DNA of 64,000 nt, from assembly GCA_973895155.1 (NCBI GenBank), contig OZ316893.1:14414645-14478644 (forward strand). The letters run 5' to 3'. Shown piece after piece: positions 26,466 to 37,597 of the stretch; within the stretch, counting starts at the first letter, position 1, and each line of letters begins with the position of its first letter. Source of the stretch: Marsupella aquatica. Lineage: Eukaryota; Plantae; Marchantiophyta. Under the pieces are notes generated by a model. The model searched no databases. It had not been told where the DNA came from and saw nothing but the letters and a program-made list of their open reading frames with translations. Both the position numbers and the translations under genes were made by a program.

Positions 26466-27382
26466 CTGTTTCTGCCGGTCTGAAACTCAAGGCATTTTGA
26501 ATGAACCGACAAATCTGAAAGATACATCAAGCAGTATTGTCAAAGTTGTAATTTAGAAAACAGGGTACATTTGAGGCGAACATCTGAGCTCTCAACTGTT
26601 TGTCATCTCCACAACAACATCAAGTAGCATAGGTGGGAACCAAAATGTAGGCACTATAGACAGAAAATGGATTTCTAGGCAGTCAGGGAATTTCAATCTG
26701 GCGAAAAGATGGTGAATTAAATGTTTTTGCCAACAACCCTATTCTTCTCTACGTCTGAAAGGAAAGTTGACTCAAGCATGGCCTGAAGCAAAAAAATAAT
26801 TTCAACACATTTGTTCAATTAATTCTATGTCCACATGATTGATCTGAAGCTACAGTCTGCAAATTTACTACAAAGGTGACTCAGAAACAATAATTTGAGA
26901 ACAGTAGAGCCGTACCAGCTCCCTTATGCTCCAGCCCAACGTAGCTTCCAAACAAGGTTGCACAACAACTCACACACACTCCTGTACAATCATCCAACTT
27001 TAGACACAGCTTGAAATGAGGTAGCTAGCAGTGAAAGGGTCACGCAAAGTAGTAGCAGAGCAACTCGCGCTCAGCCCTATACATCGAGTGTCGGTGTTGA
27101 AGGTGTCAAAGCCTGACTTTTCTCATGGTCACTGTTTGGAATTTTGCCAAACAGCCCGTGGGTCACAGGAGTCTAGTTAACTAAACTTACCCTAACCCTT
27201 GGCCCGTGGGTCACAGTTATGGCACAACTCCCGGACAGAAAATGTCGGTCATGAAAATGGGATTGCGGGTGGGATTGCTAACTTCTATGTCATAAGTGCA
27301 ACATTTAATCTAAATAAAAACTATACACACTTATTTGTACAGTTCCATGTAGGATTTGTGCTCTTACCCACAACCATACAAT

Positions 27383-27785
27383 TGTTGAGCATAGACGACG
27401 ATCGCAACGGCAAGCCCATGAACCATCCAACGCACAATAGTCGACACAAGAGATACGTGGTTCACCTCCTTGAGGCTACGTCCACGGGAACACACAAGAG
27501 AGCTTTACTGAACTCTAAGCCCGTCGGCTATACCGAGTCTCCACAGTGTAAGCTCTCCCTATCTCTCAAGTGGCTCCATAACAATGAGCCTTGGTTTTCC
27601 CTCTCCAAGCACACATGCCTCTTATGATATAGTGTGCAACTTAGTTGTACCTAACCACGTAGTTGTACCTAACCACATAGTTGTACCTAATCACATAGTT
27701 GTACCTAACCACGTAGTTGTACCAACCCACGTTGTTGTACCAACCACGTCATACCTAACCTAGACGTAAGAGTAAATACGCAACA
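27383..27785 (-). repeat. 3' LTR (403 bp)
   Basis: tgttgagc...gcaaca; I count 4 mismatches against 32942-33344. Confidence 0.97.
27642..27748 (-). promoter_or_regulatory. 18-bp x6 tandem array in LTR U3 (also 33201-33307)
   Basis: Unit tagttgtacctaaccac(g/a). Contains ACCTAAC/ACCAACC (MYB AC-type elements) and CCACGT (ACGT core). The repeat is observed; the enhancer role is inferred. Confidence 0.75.
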
Positions 27786-27787
27786 AT

Positions 27788-27796
27788 CTTCCCCTT
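27788..27796 (-). other. Polypurine tract
   Basis: AAGGGGAAG on the minus strand, 2 nt upstream of the 3' LTR. Confidence 0.9.
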
Positions 27797-27975
27797 GACT
27801 CTGGTCTAGGGGAGAGTAATACTGCCAATGTATATGATCCCTCAGCGGGAAGTTCTGGACAAAAACCAAACCGGTTTCCCTCTCTAACTAGAGCAAACCA
27901 TAACTAAGCCGTAGCCTAATACATAGGAATGAGGAAGAGCATATATCAGTAATTACAATGAATGTTAAGAAAACT

Positions 27976-30900
27976 CTACTTGTGATGCAATTGCAAAACC
28001 TGCAATACATCACGGTGTCTAGAGAAACTCTCCAAAGGAATCACTTTGGTAAATGCGTCAGCCGGGTTGAGTTTACCATCAATCTTGACTAGCTCAAACA
28101 AATTATCAGACACAGCCTGCCTGATAAAATGGTACCTGACATCAATGTGCTTCACTCTGCTGTCCATCACCTGGTTCACAGCAAGGTGGAGCGCACTTTG
28201 ACTATCACAATGGAGCTTCACATTCCCCTGTGGCAATCCCATTTCAGTGATAAGTCTATCCAACCAAATCGCTTCCTTTGCTGCTTCCGCAGCTGCAACA
28301 TACTCCGCTTCTGTAGTAGACTGAGCAATACACTTCTGCAAAGTAGATCTCCAACTTATGCATCCACCGCCAAGTGTGAACACGTATCCTGTTGTTGATC
28401 TCCTTCGGTCCAAATCTTGTCCATAGTCAGAATCAACATAGCCAATCAATGATTTAGCATTCTTTGCATTCGCATCAAATAAAAGACCATGATCCACGGT
28501 ACCTTTCAAGTACCTGATAATCCACTTCACAGCTTCCCAGTGTACCTTCCCTGGATTCGACATGTACCTGCTCACCTTGCCCATAGCCATGGCAAGATCA
28601 GGTCTAGTGCAAGTCATCAAATACATGAGACTCCCCACTGCCTTGTCATACGGAACCTTTGACATCAACCCCTTCTCTGTGTCATCCGTAGGACAGAACG
28701 CTGATGATAACTTGAAGTGTGGAGCCAACGGGGTACTTACTGGCTTGCTATTCCCCATGTTGAACCTTGCAATTACCTTCCTCGCATAACTGCTCTGCGT
28801 CAACCATAGCTTGCCAGCCTCCAAGTCCCTAGTGATCTGCATACCCAAAATCCTCTTAGTTGGCCCTAAGTTCTTCATCTTAAACTCTGCACTAAGCAGT
28901 GCCTTGAGCTTAACAATCTCAGACCTATCCTTGGCTACAATTAGCATATCATCCACATAAAGTACTAAAACAATGAACCCAAAGACAACATTCTTTACCG
29001 GTTTCAAATACACACAAGGGTCAAATACACTTCTGTGAAAACCTTGTGACCGAATCCAATCGTCAAACCGCTTGTTCCACTGTCTTGGTGACTGCTTCAA
29101 CCCATACAAGGATTTCAGCAATCTGCAAACCAATTCCTCCTGTCCTCTCTTCACAAAACCTAGCGGTTGTCTCATGAAGATTACCTCTTCCAATGTGCCA
29201 TAGAGGAAAGCTGTGACAACATCCATCTGATCTAGCAGCAGACCAAACATTACAACAAGTACACACAATAGTCGTATTATAGAGTACTTAGCAACTGGTG
29301 AGAAGATCTCATTGTAATCCACACCTTTCTCTTGTGTGAATCCCTTTGCTACCAACCTAGCCTTGTAGACCTTCGATCCACCTCCTATGGAATTATCCTT
29401 CAGCTTGTAAATCCACTTGCTGACCCTTAGGCAGCTTAACAAGCTCCCAAGTTTTGTTGTCCTTTAGTGACTGCATCTCCGTTTGCATTGCTGCAGTCCA
29501 CTTCTGCTTCTCCTTTGAAGCACTTGCCTCATGAAATGAAGAAGGTTCCCCTTCTTCCAAAATTAACGCATCACCCTCATCATCAGCTGTAAAATCATCC
29601 TCTTGCAGTTGAGATGAATCAACCCACTGTCCATACCTTGGTGGAGCGCGTACAGTGCGACCAGATGTTCTTCTAGCCGATGACTCCGGTTGATCTGCGT
29701 GTGCTGGTACAATTTGAAGCTCAACAGTATCCACTTGCTGCTCACCAGCATCAACAAACTCCTCTGGTTCCTCTGGCATAGGAACCAGCTCCATAATTGG
29801 AGCAACTCCTTCTCTCCGGTCATGCACCTCATAACCAATCTCCCCCTCAACGAGATCTGGGATAGGAGATTTTTTTTTGTCAGTACGGGAGACCTGAGTA
29901 TTCTTCCCCTCCTTCAATAATCTGGATTCATTGAAGGAAACATCCCTACTGACAATGAGCTTACAGGCAATAGGATCTCATAGCCTATAGGCTTTCACAC
30001 CACTCTGGTACCCAAGAAAAACATATTTCTTGGAGGTAGGATCCAACTTGGTCCTATTCTGCTTCGGTGTGAGAGCATATGCATCACTTCCAAAAACTAC
30101 CAAGCCATGATAGTCTGCTTGCCGCTTATAGCGCATCTCAAATGGCGTTTTGAAATTGATAGCACTAGAAGGAGAAAGATTTACCAAATAAGCTGCGGTA
30201 TTGATAGCTTCTGCCCAAAATTCTTGTGGTAAACCTGATTGGCTCAACATACACCGTGACCGCTCCAACAATGTCCGATTGAGCCTCTCAGCGACACCAT
30301 TCTGCTGCGGAGTATAAACTGTGGTGAGATGGCAAGTTATCCCCTGTTCTCAACAATACTCTTCAAATTCCATTGAAGTGTACTCCCCGCCGTTGTCTGA
30401 CCTCAGACTCTTCACCCTTGTATCCAAACACTTGATCGTGTTTCCAGTCTGATTCTCCACTTGGGCCTTCCACTTCTTAAAAATGGACAAGACATCAGAC
30501 TTATGCGTCATGAAATAAATCCACATAAATCTTGAGTAATCATCAATAAATGATACATAGTACAACTTTCCAGAGTGTGAGGGAGTCGGGAATGGACCCC
30601 ACACGTCACTATGTATGTACTCAAGAACCGCTTTGGAACGATGAGTTCCAACACCAAAAGCACGACGATGCTGCTTTCCAAGAATGCAATGCTCACAAAA
30701 CTTTAATTTACAAGATTGCAAATCAGAAATGAGTCCATTCTTCCGTAAGATAGCCAAACCCTTCTCACTCATGTGGCCTAGCCGTGAATGCCACAGTTGA
30801 GTCATCTCCTCGTGAGACTTGGTTACATTGGCCTCTCCACATACAGTATTGCCCTGTAACACATACAAATTCTTTTGTCTACTCCCCTGTCTCTCCCGAC

Positions 30901-31223
30901 CTGACTTGAAGTTCACCATCAATAACGCTCCATTGATGACCATTTGAATCCAACACACCGAGTGAAATTAGATTCTTACGCATGCCAGGTACATACCTGA
31001 CTCCGGACACTGTGCACACAGCGCCATCAAACATTTGAATCTTCACAGACCCAATTCCCTCAATTTGACAGGAGTGATCATTTCCCATCAGAACTGAACC
31101 GTTTGAAACAGAGTAAGAACTGAAAAACTCACGAATGTAACAAATATGAAAAGAGCAAGCACAATCAAGAATCCATACATCATCTGCTCTCATAGATGAC
31201 GTGCACAAGGCATACCCTCGGCT
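27976..31223 (-). pseudogene. Copia pol (protease, GAG-pre-integrase, integrase, RT, RNase H), disrupted
   Basis: PR WILDCACSFH; LWHSRLGH..CEHC; IN HSDVWG, RSDNGGEY; RT YKARLVAKG, QMDVVTAFL, LYVDDM; RNaseH YVDSDY, EAEY, CDSQSA, KHIDVRYH. In-frame TGAs at 30350 and 29978; frameshifts near 30885 and 29420. Confidence 0.96.
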
Positions 31224-32264
31224 TCATAAAACATACTCATCATTGAGTAAATCAGCTTCTCCATCAGCCCTAGCCACATTTGCCGATGAAATTTCCGCTG
31301 TCTTTCCCTTACAATCTCGCTTGAAGTGTCCAACTTGGTTGCACTTCCAACATATCACCTGCCTCCTCTGAGGGGATTTACCCTTGGACTTAGATCTGGA
31401 TTTAGATCTAAACTGGGTTCTACGGTCCCCAGTTGGTCGCTGCATACTCCTCCCACGGTTAACATTGAGGGCAGCACCAGATGATGAAGGCTGTGACGTG
31501 ATGTGCATCTTCTGCTGAAGATCATCACTAAGCAAAGAACTTACCACGTCATTGTATGAAATGGTATCTCTATCACGATGCAACAACACTCGTGATAGGG
31601 ACTGGTAAGATGAAGGCAATGAACTAAGAAGCTGCAGAGCCTTCGTCTCATCATTCAAAGTCTCCCCAAGGTTTTCCAAGTCAACGACCATGTCGTTGAA
31701 AGCATCCACATGGTCTTGCAACTTCATACCGGATTCCTTCATCCTGAAACTCATCAGTTTGTAGGAAGTGTAGAGCCGGTTCGACAACTCCTTGCGGTGA
31801 TACTTGCTCTGCAATTCCGCAAACAAGGACATGCAATCCTTATGTGCACCCAACTGCTTAATGATGGGAGGCATGAGATAGAGTGTAACACACCACACTC
31901 CCTGCTCCTGCATGCGGTCCCATTGTTTCTCATCAACATCGTCTTCACAAGGGCTCAGCAGTTGGCCCATCCCTGACGCATAGAGCACTCCCTTCACTTG
32001 CTTCTCCCATAGCAAGTAATCAGAGCGCCCATCATACTTTGTCACTTCATACTTGGGTCCCCCAAGCTTGAAAGTCCCCATCTTCTTCTTTGGCACTACC
32101 GTGAGCTCCGGTAGTAGTACTGCTTCCTCCACCACATGCCGTACCGGTGATGGTATCGGTGTCACGTGCTCTTTCTCCTGCTCTTCTCTCTGCCCTTGAA
32201 ACCTCCGCGGTGATCCTCGTGCTTCAAGTTCCACGTCTTCGAAAAACTCCTCCGAATCACTCAT
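31224..32264 (-). CDS. Copia Gag (UBN2-type gag plus CCHC zinc knuckle), 346 aa, open
   Basis: KYDGRSDYLLWEKQVK, LLSSLPSSY, CWKCNQVGHFKRDC. Confidence 0.9.
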   Translation of the reverse strand: MSDSEEFFEDVELEARGSPRRFQGQREEQEKEHVTPIPSPVRHVVEEAVLLPELTVVPKKKMGTFKLGGPKYEVTKYDGRSDYLLWEKQVKGVLYASGMGQLLSPCEDDVDEKQWDRMQEQGVWCVTLYLMPPIIKQLGAHKDCMSLFAELQSKYHRKELSNRLYTSYKLMSFRMKESGMKLQDHVDAFNDMVVDLENLGETLNDETKALQLLSSLPSSYQSLSRVLLHRDRDTISYNDVVSSLLSDDLQQKMHITSQPSSSGAALNVNRGRSMQRPTGDRRTQFRSKSRSKSKGKSPQRRQVICWKCNQVGHFKRDCKGKTAEISSANVARADGEADLLNDEYVL

Positions 32265-32927
32265 ATGAGAAAATCACAAAAAATGTTGTTTTTCACAACT
32301 TCTCAAAAAACTCAAAACTCAACACCGCCGCGTAGCCCACATAGCTAGGAGTCCAATACTGAAAACCGAAATCAAAATCAAAATTTGACGGAAAAGTTAT
32401 TCAAATTTTGGTCGAGGTGGGTAAAACCTTGGAAAACTCCCCCGTTTTGACCACCTAAGGGAATAACCGAAATACCAAGTACAACCCGTTGTTGGAATTG
32501 CGATGTGATTGGTGCGCTACGTTGCCAACTTCAATGGCTTGTCAACAACGAATGTTGATCAATTGCACTTGGTGCCGTCACCAAGTCCAACAAGGTAATT
32601 GATTTTGCTTAGCCTTCCTCTTTGCATCAAAGAGCCAATCCCGGATTCAAAAACAATCGTCTTGCCTCAATCTCTCCGTTGAGTCAAAACACTTGACGCT
32701 TTTCCCTCCGAGTCGATTGCCAACTTTCTTCACAAAATCCAGAACGACGAAAACTTAGATCTCTCTGCACCACGAGCTCCGTTCGGCGATTTCTTCACAC
32801 CGTTAGAAAGCTCTTGCCCTGATCTATCCGTTGAGCCCATAAACTCCAAGTTCCATGCGACGGAACTCTGGGAACCGTCATGACCGTCATGAAATCCCAT
32901 CATGAACACACGTCACCTCCCAAGCAT

Positions 32928-32939
32928 GCTCTGATACCA
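32928..32939 (-). other. Primer-binding site for tRNA-iMet
   Basis: TGGTATCAGAGC on the minus strand, 2 nt inside the 5' LTR boundary. Confidence 0.95.
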
Positions 32940-32941
32940 AT

Positions 32942-33344
32942 TGTTGAGCATAGACGACGATCGCAACGGCAAGCCCATGAACCATCCAACGCACAATAGT
33001 CGACACAAGAGATACGTGGTTCACCTCCTTGAGGCTACGTCCACGGGAACACACAAGAGAGCTTTACTGAACTCTAAGCCCGTCGGCTATACCGAGTCTC
33101 CACAGTGTAAGCTCTCCCTATCTCTCAAGTGGCTCCATAACAATGAGCCTTGGTTCTTCCTCTCCAAGCACACATGCCTCTTATGATATAGTGTGCAACT
33201 TAGTTGTACCTAACCACGTAGTTGTACCTAACCACATAGTTGTACCTAATCACGTAGTTGTACCTAACCACGTAGTTGTACCAACCCACGTTGTTGTACC
33301 AACCACGTCATACCTAACCTAGACGTAAGAGTAAATACCCAACA
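32942..33344 (-). repeat. 5' LTR (403 bp)
   Basis: tgttgagc...ccaaca, adjacent to the PBS. Confidence 0.97.
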
Positions 33345-33349
33345 ATACC

Positions 33350-34580
33350 CTTATAGAGGGTTTTGCACTTGCATAGTTGTGGTTTAGTGAAGTTGTCACT
33401 GCACTAAGTACAAAAAGTGCAAAGAAAGTACATTGGTCTTAAACAAGGGGGTTTGCACTTCTCGATTTATGGCTTAGTGAAGACCTTGTTGCCGTTATAT
33501 AATGTGCACAATCGTCCTGAGAAAAGGGGAGAATGGTTTTGCCATAAGGGGTTTGCACTTCTATTTGTGTGGTTATTGGACTTCATTGCACTTATGCACA
33601 GTGCATACAATGAAAAGTGGTCTTGGAAAATGGAGAAGAATGGTATGCCATGAGGGTTTTGCACTTCTATATTTATCCTTTAGTGGAGACCTCATTGCAC
33701 TCATAAAATTGCAAACAAACTGCAAAATGGTCCAGAAGAAAAGGTTTGCCACTACCACTAGGGTTTTGCATTTTTGTTGTTTGTTTAGTAAAGACCTGTT
33801 TGAGTTTATAAAATGCAAAAGAAAGTGCGAAATGGTCTGTCGTGCGTATACACATCATTACACAACATACATCGCATGTCACACATATAGAAACATAAGC
33901 ACAAACAAACATAAGAGAATGGGGTACAACGAATGTTACAAGTGGAACTCATGTTCACACATGTCCAAAACTCACAATAATCTCAATGAAAACAAATCAC
34001 GATCGACGCCAATCAAGCATCCAATCCCGTTTGAAATGATCACATACAGATATCGAGCCAACCGCACCTCGCACTCTGAGGAATCCACGTTATGTATACA
34101 TGAAACTAGCTAGCCACACCATAACCGCCAGAGCTCATGCTCAAAGGTTCAACATCGAAGAAGTGAGGCCTTTGAGCCACAACAAAGGGAGAACTATCCC
34201 TTGCAAATGTGAACTGAATCATATTGGCTCATATAGCACACATACAAAATATATAAACTTAGACAACACGATATACTCTAACATTACCTAGAATGGTGTG
34301 ACGAGTCAGAGAAAAATTGGAAGAATTGTCAGTGAAGGGTTTTGTATTCTATACTTGTGGTTTAGTGGAGACTAGTGGCACTTATAAAAATGCAACAAAA
34401 TTGCAAAATGGTCCGAAAGAAAAAGGGAACTAAGTCAGAATGGTCATAAGGGTTTCACACTTCTATATTCGTGCTATAGTCGAGACCCTCGTTGTACTTA
34501 TAAAAATGCAAACAAAGTGCAAAATTGGTCCAACAAAAGGGCCCGCCTTGCAATAAAGCCAGGATTTGCAGTTATAAAGT
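33350..34580. repeat. Degenerate modular repeat array upstream of RPL19, interrupted by unrelated DNA at ~33838-34303
   Basis: At least 6 modules of ggg(g/t)tttgcacttctat..gtggtttagtg.agac...gcacttataaaa.tgcaa...tgcaaaatggtc. Possibly modular termini of a Mutator/Foldback-type element. Confidence 0.7.
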
Positions 34581-34674
34581 GTGCACTTAGGCAGCGGCGA
34601 CTGTACCACTGTCGATCACTTCGCGATCGTCAAGAACCTAAAACCTATGCATTGTGTCTAGAACGCATTCTTCA

Positions 34675-34683
34675 AAACCCTAA
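34675..34683 (+). promoter_or_regulatory. Telo-box AAACCCTAA
   Basis: Exact motif ~120 bp upstream of the RPL19 ATG; typical of plant ribosomal-protein promoters. Confidence 0.7.
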
Positions 34684-34797
34684 CATTCTCCGGTTGCTTC
34701 GATCTTTTTGGTGCGAGCTCTTACTTCTACTTCGGCAATCCGACAGATCTCAGGTCTTTCAGTGTCGTTCACTCGGTTGCAGAGAGATTTGGCGATC

Positions 34798-35517
34798 ATG
34801 GTGTCTCTGAAGTTGCAGAAGCGGCTTGCAGCCAGTGTGCTCAAGTGCGGGAGACGCAAAGTGTGGTTGGATCCGAACGAGGTCAATGAAATCTCCATGG
34901 CGAATTCCCGTAAGTTCCTTCATCTCTGCTCTCTCTGATTTCGTCAGCTGAGCGCTCTCTCTGTGTTCTGGATCGTTGTGCCCTTATTACGTATGCTGGC
35001 TGTGTCCTGGTCAGGGCAAAACATCCGGAAGTTGGTGAAGGACGGGTTCGTGATAAAGAAGCCGCAAAAGATCCACTCCAGAGCTCGTGCTCGAAGGGAG
35101 TTGGAGGCCAAGAGGAAAGGGAGGCACTCAGGATATGGTAAGAGGAGGGGAACCCGGGAGGCTAGGCTCCCCACCAAGGTCTTGTGGCTAAGGAGGATGC
35201 GTGTCCTCCGTCGCCTCCTTCGTAAGTATCGCGACGCGAAGAAGATAGATAGGCATATGTACCACTCCATGTATCTGAAGGTTAAGGGTAACGTTTTTAA
35301 GAACAAGAGGGTCTTGATGGAAAGCATTCATAAGTCGAAGGCCGAGAAGGCTCGCGAGAAAACACTGTCAGACCAGTTCGAGGCAAGGCGTGCCAAAAAT
35401 AAAGCGACCCGTGCGAGGAAATTCGCGAGACGAGAAGAGCGTTTGGCCCAAGGGGTCGCCGTGACAGCTCCAGATGTTGATACACCTGCAGAGGCGCCCA
35501 AGAAGTCGAAGAAGTGA
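34798..35517 (+). CDS. RPL19: 60S ribosomal protein L19 (eL19); exons 34798-34909 and 35015-35517; 204 aa
   Basis: [38 protein letters not shown]|[10 protein letters not shown]...[18 protein letters not shown]. The GT-AG intron 34910-35014 restores the frame. Confidence 0.98.
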
Positions 35518-37597
35518 TCAGTACTGGTCGGGTGCTCAGTTCAAGACTTCAATTTTGGCTCTCAGAGTCACTTACAATCGTTGGAATGTTTTTTTTCTGT
35601 AAATTAGCAGCGATCCCATACCCGGAAGAAACTTTATGTAATGCATTAATGGGTGCTACGACTATCTGTGTCTCTGTGGTGGAACGACTATTGACGTTGC
35701 TGCGAGCTCCTCTCATCAGAGAATGCTGCTCGACACGTTTTGAGAGGGATGTCGATGACAAGAGCCTTCACAGGCACAGCGTGCTCCCTTGGTACAGCTC
35801 TACGATTATTCTCATAGTATCGTGGCTGTTTGAGTTTTCTGTTTACTGTAAAAATCTGTATCGCATCTTGACTCTTTCTACCCTCTGAAGGATACTAGCA
35901 TGAATGAGTCTTAGGTCATTCTTCAGGCGAATGTTGAGCTGTTCATTCAGCCGCCGGAGGGGCAGCCCAGCACGGTTGCAGAGCGAGAAAACTGGAAAAA
36001 TCCGCAAGGAAATGATGTATTGAAAATTTGCGGTGGAAAACGACATGAACACGAGGGCGAAGAATGTCCTGAGTTCGGGAAGTATCTCATTTACGAACTT
36101 GTCCAACACGGAATACACAGTATATTTTAGCATGTTACGTTTTTTGTTTCTTTTTTCAACTAGTTGTGCTCTATCATACCTCGAATCGTACGTCGTTGAC
36201 GTTACCTTACCTGCCCGAGAACCGGCGGAATCCGTATTTCTATCTCTGACATTGATATGCCGCTTTGCTCTTTTCATCCGAACTTTGAGTTCGAATGATA
36301 CGAGGAAGTGATTTTCGAAGGTTTTGACAATCTGGTGTTATAGACAATATTTCTATCCTTGGGCTTGTGTCATTGATCTATGTCGATGTGTGGATCGAGA
36401 GCTTTATTGTCGATGGATTTTAATCTTTTCATCTTTATGTCCTGTTCGAGTTGTCTCATAGTCTACTGGGTTCAATTTTTCGTGGCGCCTGTCCTGTGAC
36501 TTTACCGATTTGAAGGAATTAACAACAAGCGCAGTCCTTAGGAGCGCCTTCCTTTTTCCGTGGAAGGGATTCGAGTCATAACTGTGCAATATAAATGTTC
36601 AAAGGCCTTTGGTTTCCTCTGGCCTTCCCCTGCTTGCAAGCTGCAATCACTGGTTTTAAACCTTTTCACTGATTGCAGTTAGGATGCTTAAAGCAGAGTA
36701 CAGTATTGTCAAACCAATTTGAGGATTGTAACTGAGTAGAAATTTCCCGATAGGTTTGACCGTAGCGGGTGGTTTTTGGCTTGGATTCTCGGTAGTTCTT
36801 GGGTGCAGGGGTGTATGGGGATAATAGTGTCTCAGTTGAATCAAACGGATGTGATCTCTCTTGTTGATATCTGTTTTGATTAGCACAGTGGTGTTGGACC
36901 AAATTACATTTAGCTTCATGTAGCAGCAGGAGTAGAACTCTTCCCAAAGCCACAAAACAGAATCCAAATCTTTAAATTCGATCTAGATTATTCTCATTTG
37001 ATGCGAGCTTCTGTTGGTGGGTGGGAACTTTTAAAGTAGGTTCTCCCTGATTCTCCCAGGATCGATAAATACGTAACACAGTTGGAAGTAATTATCTTCG
37101 CGGCTTCTCGAATTTGAAGATGACTCACCTTCACCACTGATCGATCCAATCGATAAGACTGTACTCCATTGGCAAGATTTTGGAGCTACAAGAAGAATAA
37201 AAGGGGAGAAAACTTGATTCCGGATTCTTGATATCCTACGATTCACCACATTTTTCATATCCTCCTTTATCCTAGGACGACACTTCTACGACGACAGTCC
37301 TCCATATCACTAAATCGAATCTTTTTCACCTGGATGGTTCACACCATTTTCCTTTGCTTTGATACCCAGTCGATCGGTGCAGAGAGGTATGTCTTTCCCG
37401 ACTTGACTTATATATCGGAACTACGTCTTTAGATTTTCTTCGCGCGCAACCCTGATCTCTTTCCAACGGCAGAATGGTTCAGCAGTATGTACAGGTTTTT
37501 GTGCTGGACGGATAAATCTTCCTCCGGAAAGCATCGCACTTCTGATGATGTGTGCCTACTATGACAACGAGAAGTCTTGACCTAATTAGGGGTCGCT

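Larger units (their letters stand above)
22582..27220. mobile_element. Decayed PIF/Harbinger DNA transposon (two convergent genes); termini not resolved
   Basis: DDE_Tnp_4-type transposase remnants on - and an ORF1-like gene on +, tail to tail. GC-rich gtgac/gtcac subterminal-like motifs at 22582-22715 and 27037-27216. No TIR pair or TAA/TTA TSD identified. Confidence 0.75.
27383..33344 (-). mobile_element. Full-length Ty1/Copia LTR retrotransposon (Tnt1-like), coding region disabled
   Basis: Two 403-bp TG...CA LTRs, a PBS and a PPT. Domain order on - is gag, PR, IN, RT, RNaseH. Confidence 0.98.

Noticed and set aside
26026-26556. 176-aa plus-strand ORF
   Set aside because: Antisense shadow of the Harbinger transposase N-terminus.
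27130-27157. ctgtttgg-N7-ccaaacag hairpin as the right Harbinger TIR
   Set aside because: Resembles PIF-type GGGCTGTTTGG ends, but there is no matching left copy and no TAA/TTA TSD.
27199-27627. 142-aa and 81-aa (32941-33186) ORFs with near-identical sequence
   Set aside because: They are translations of the two LTR copies on the antisense strand and start at TTG; no evidence of coding.
27642-27748. 18-bp repeats as a CRISPR array
   Set aside because: Head-to-tail units with no spacers, inside a eukaryotic LTR, and no cas genes.
33502-34113. 203-aa ORF
   Set aside because: Runs across a repeat array and an unrelated insertion; no recognisable motif.
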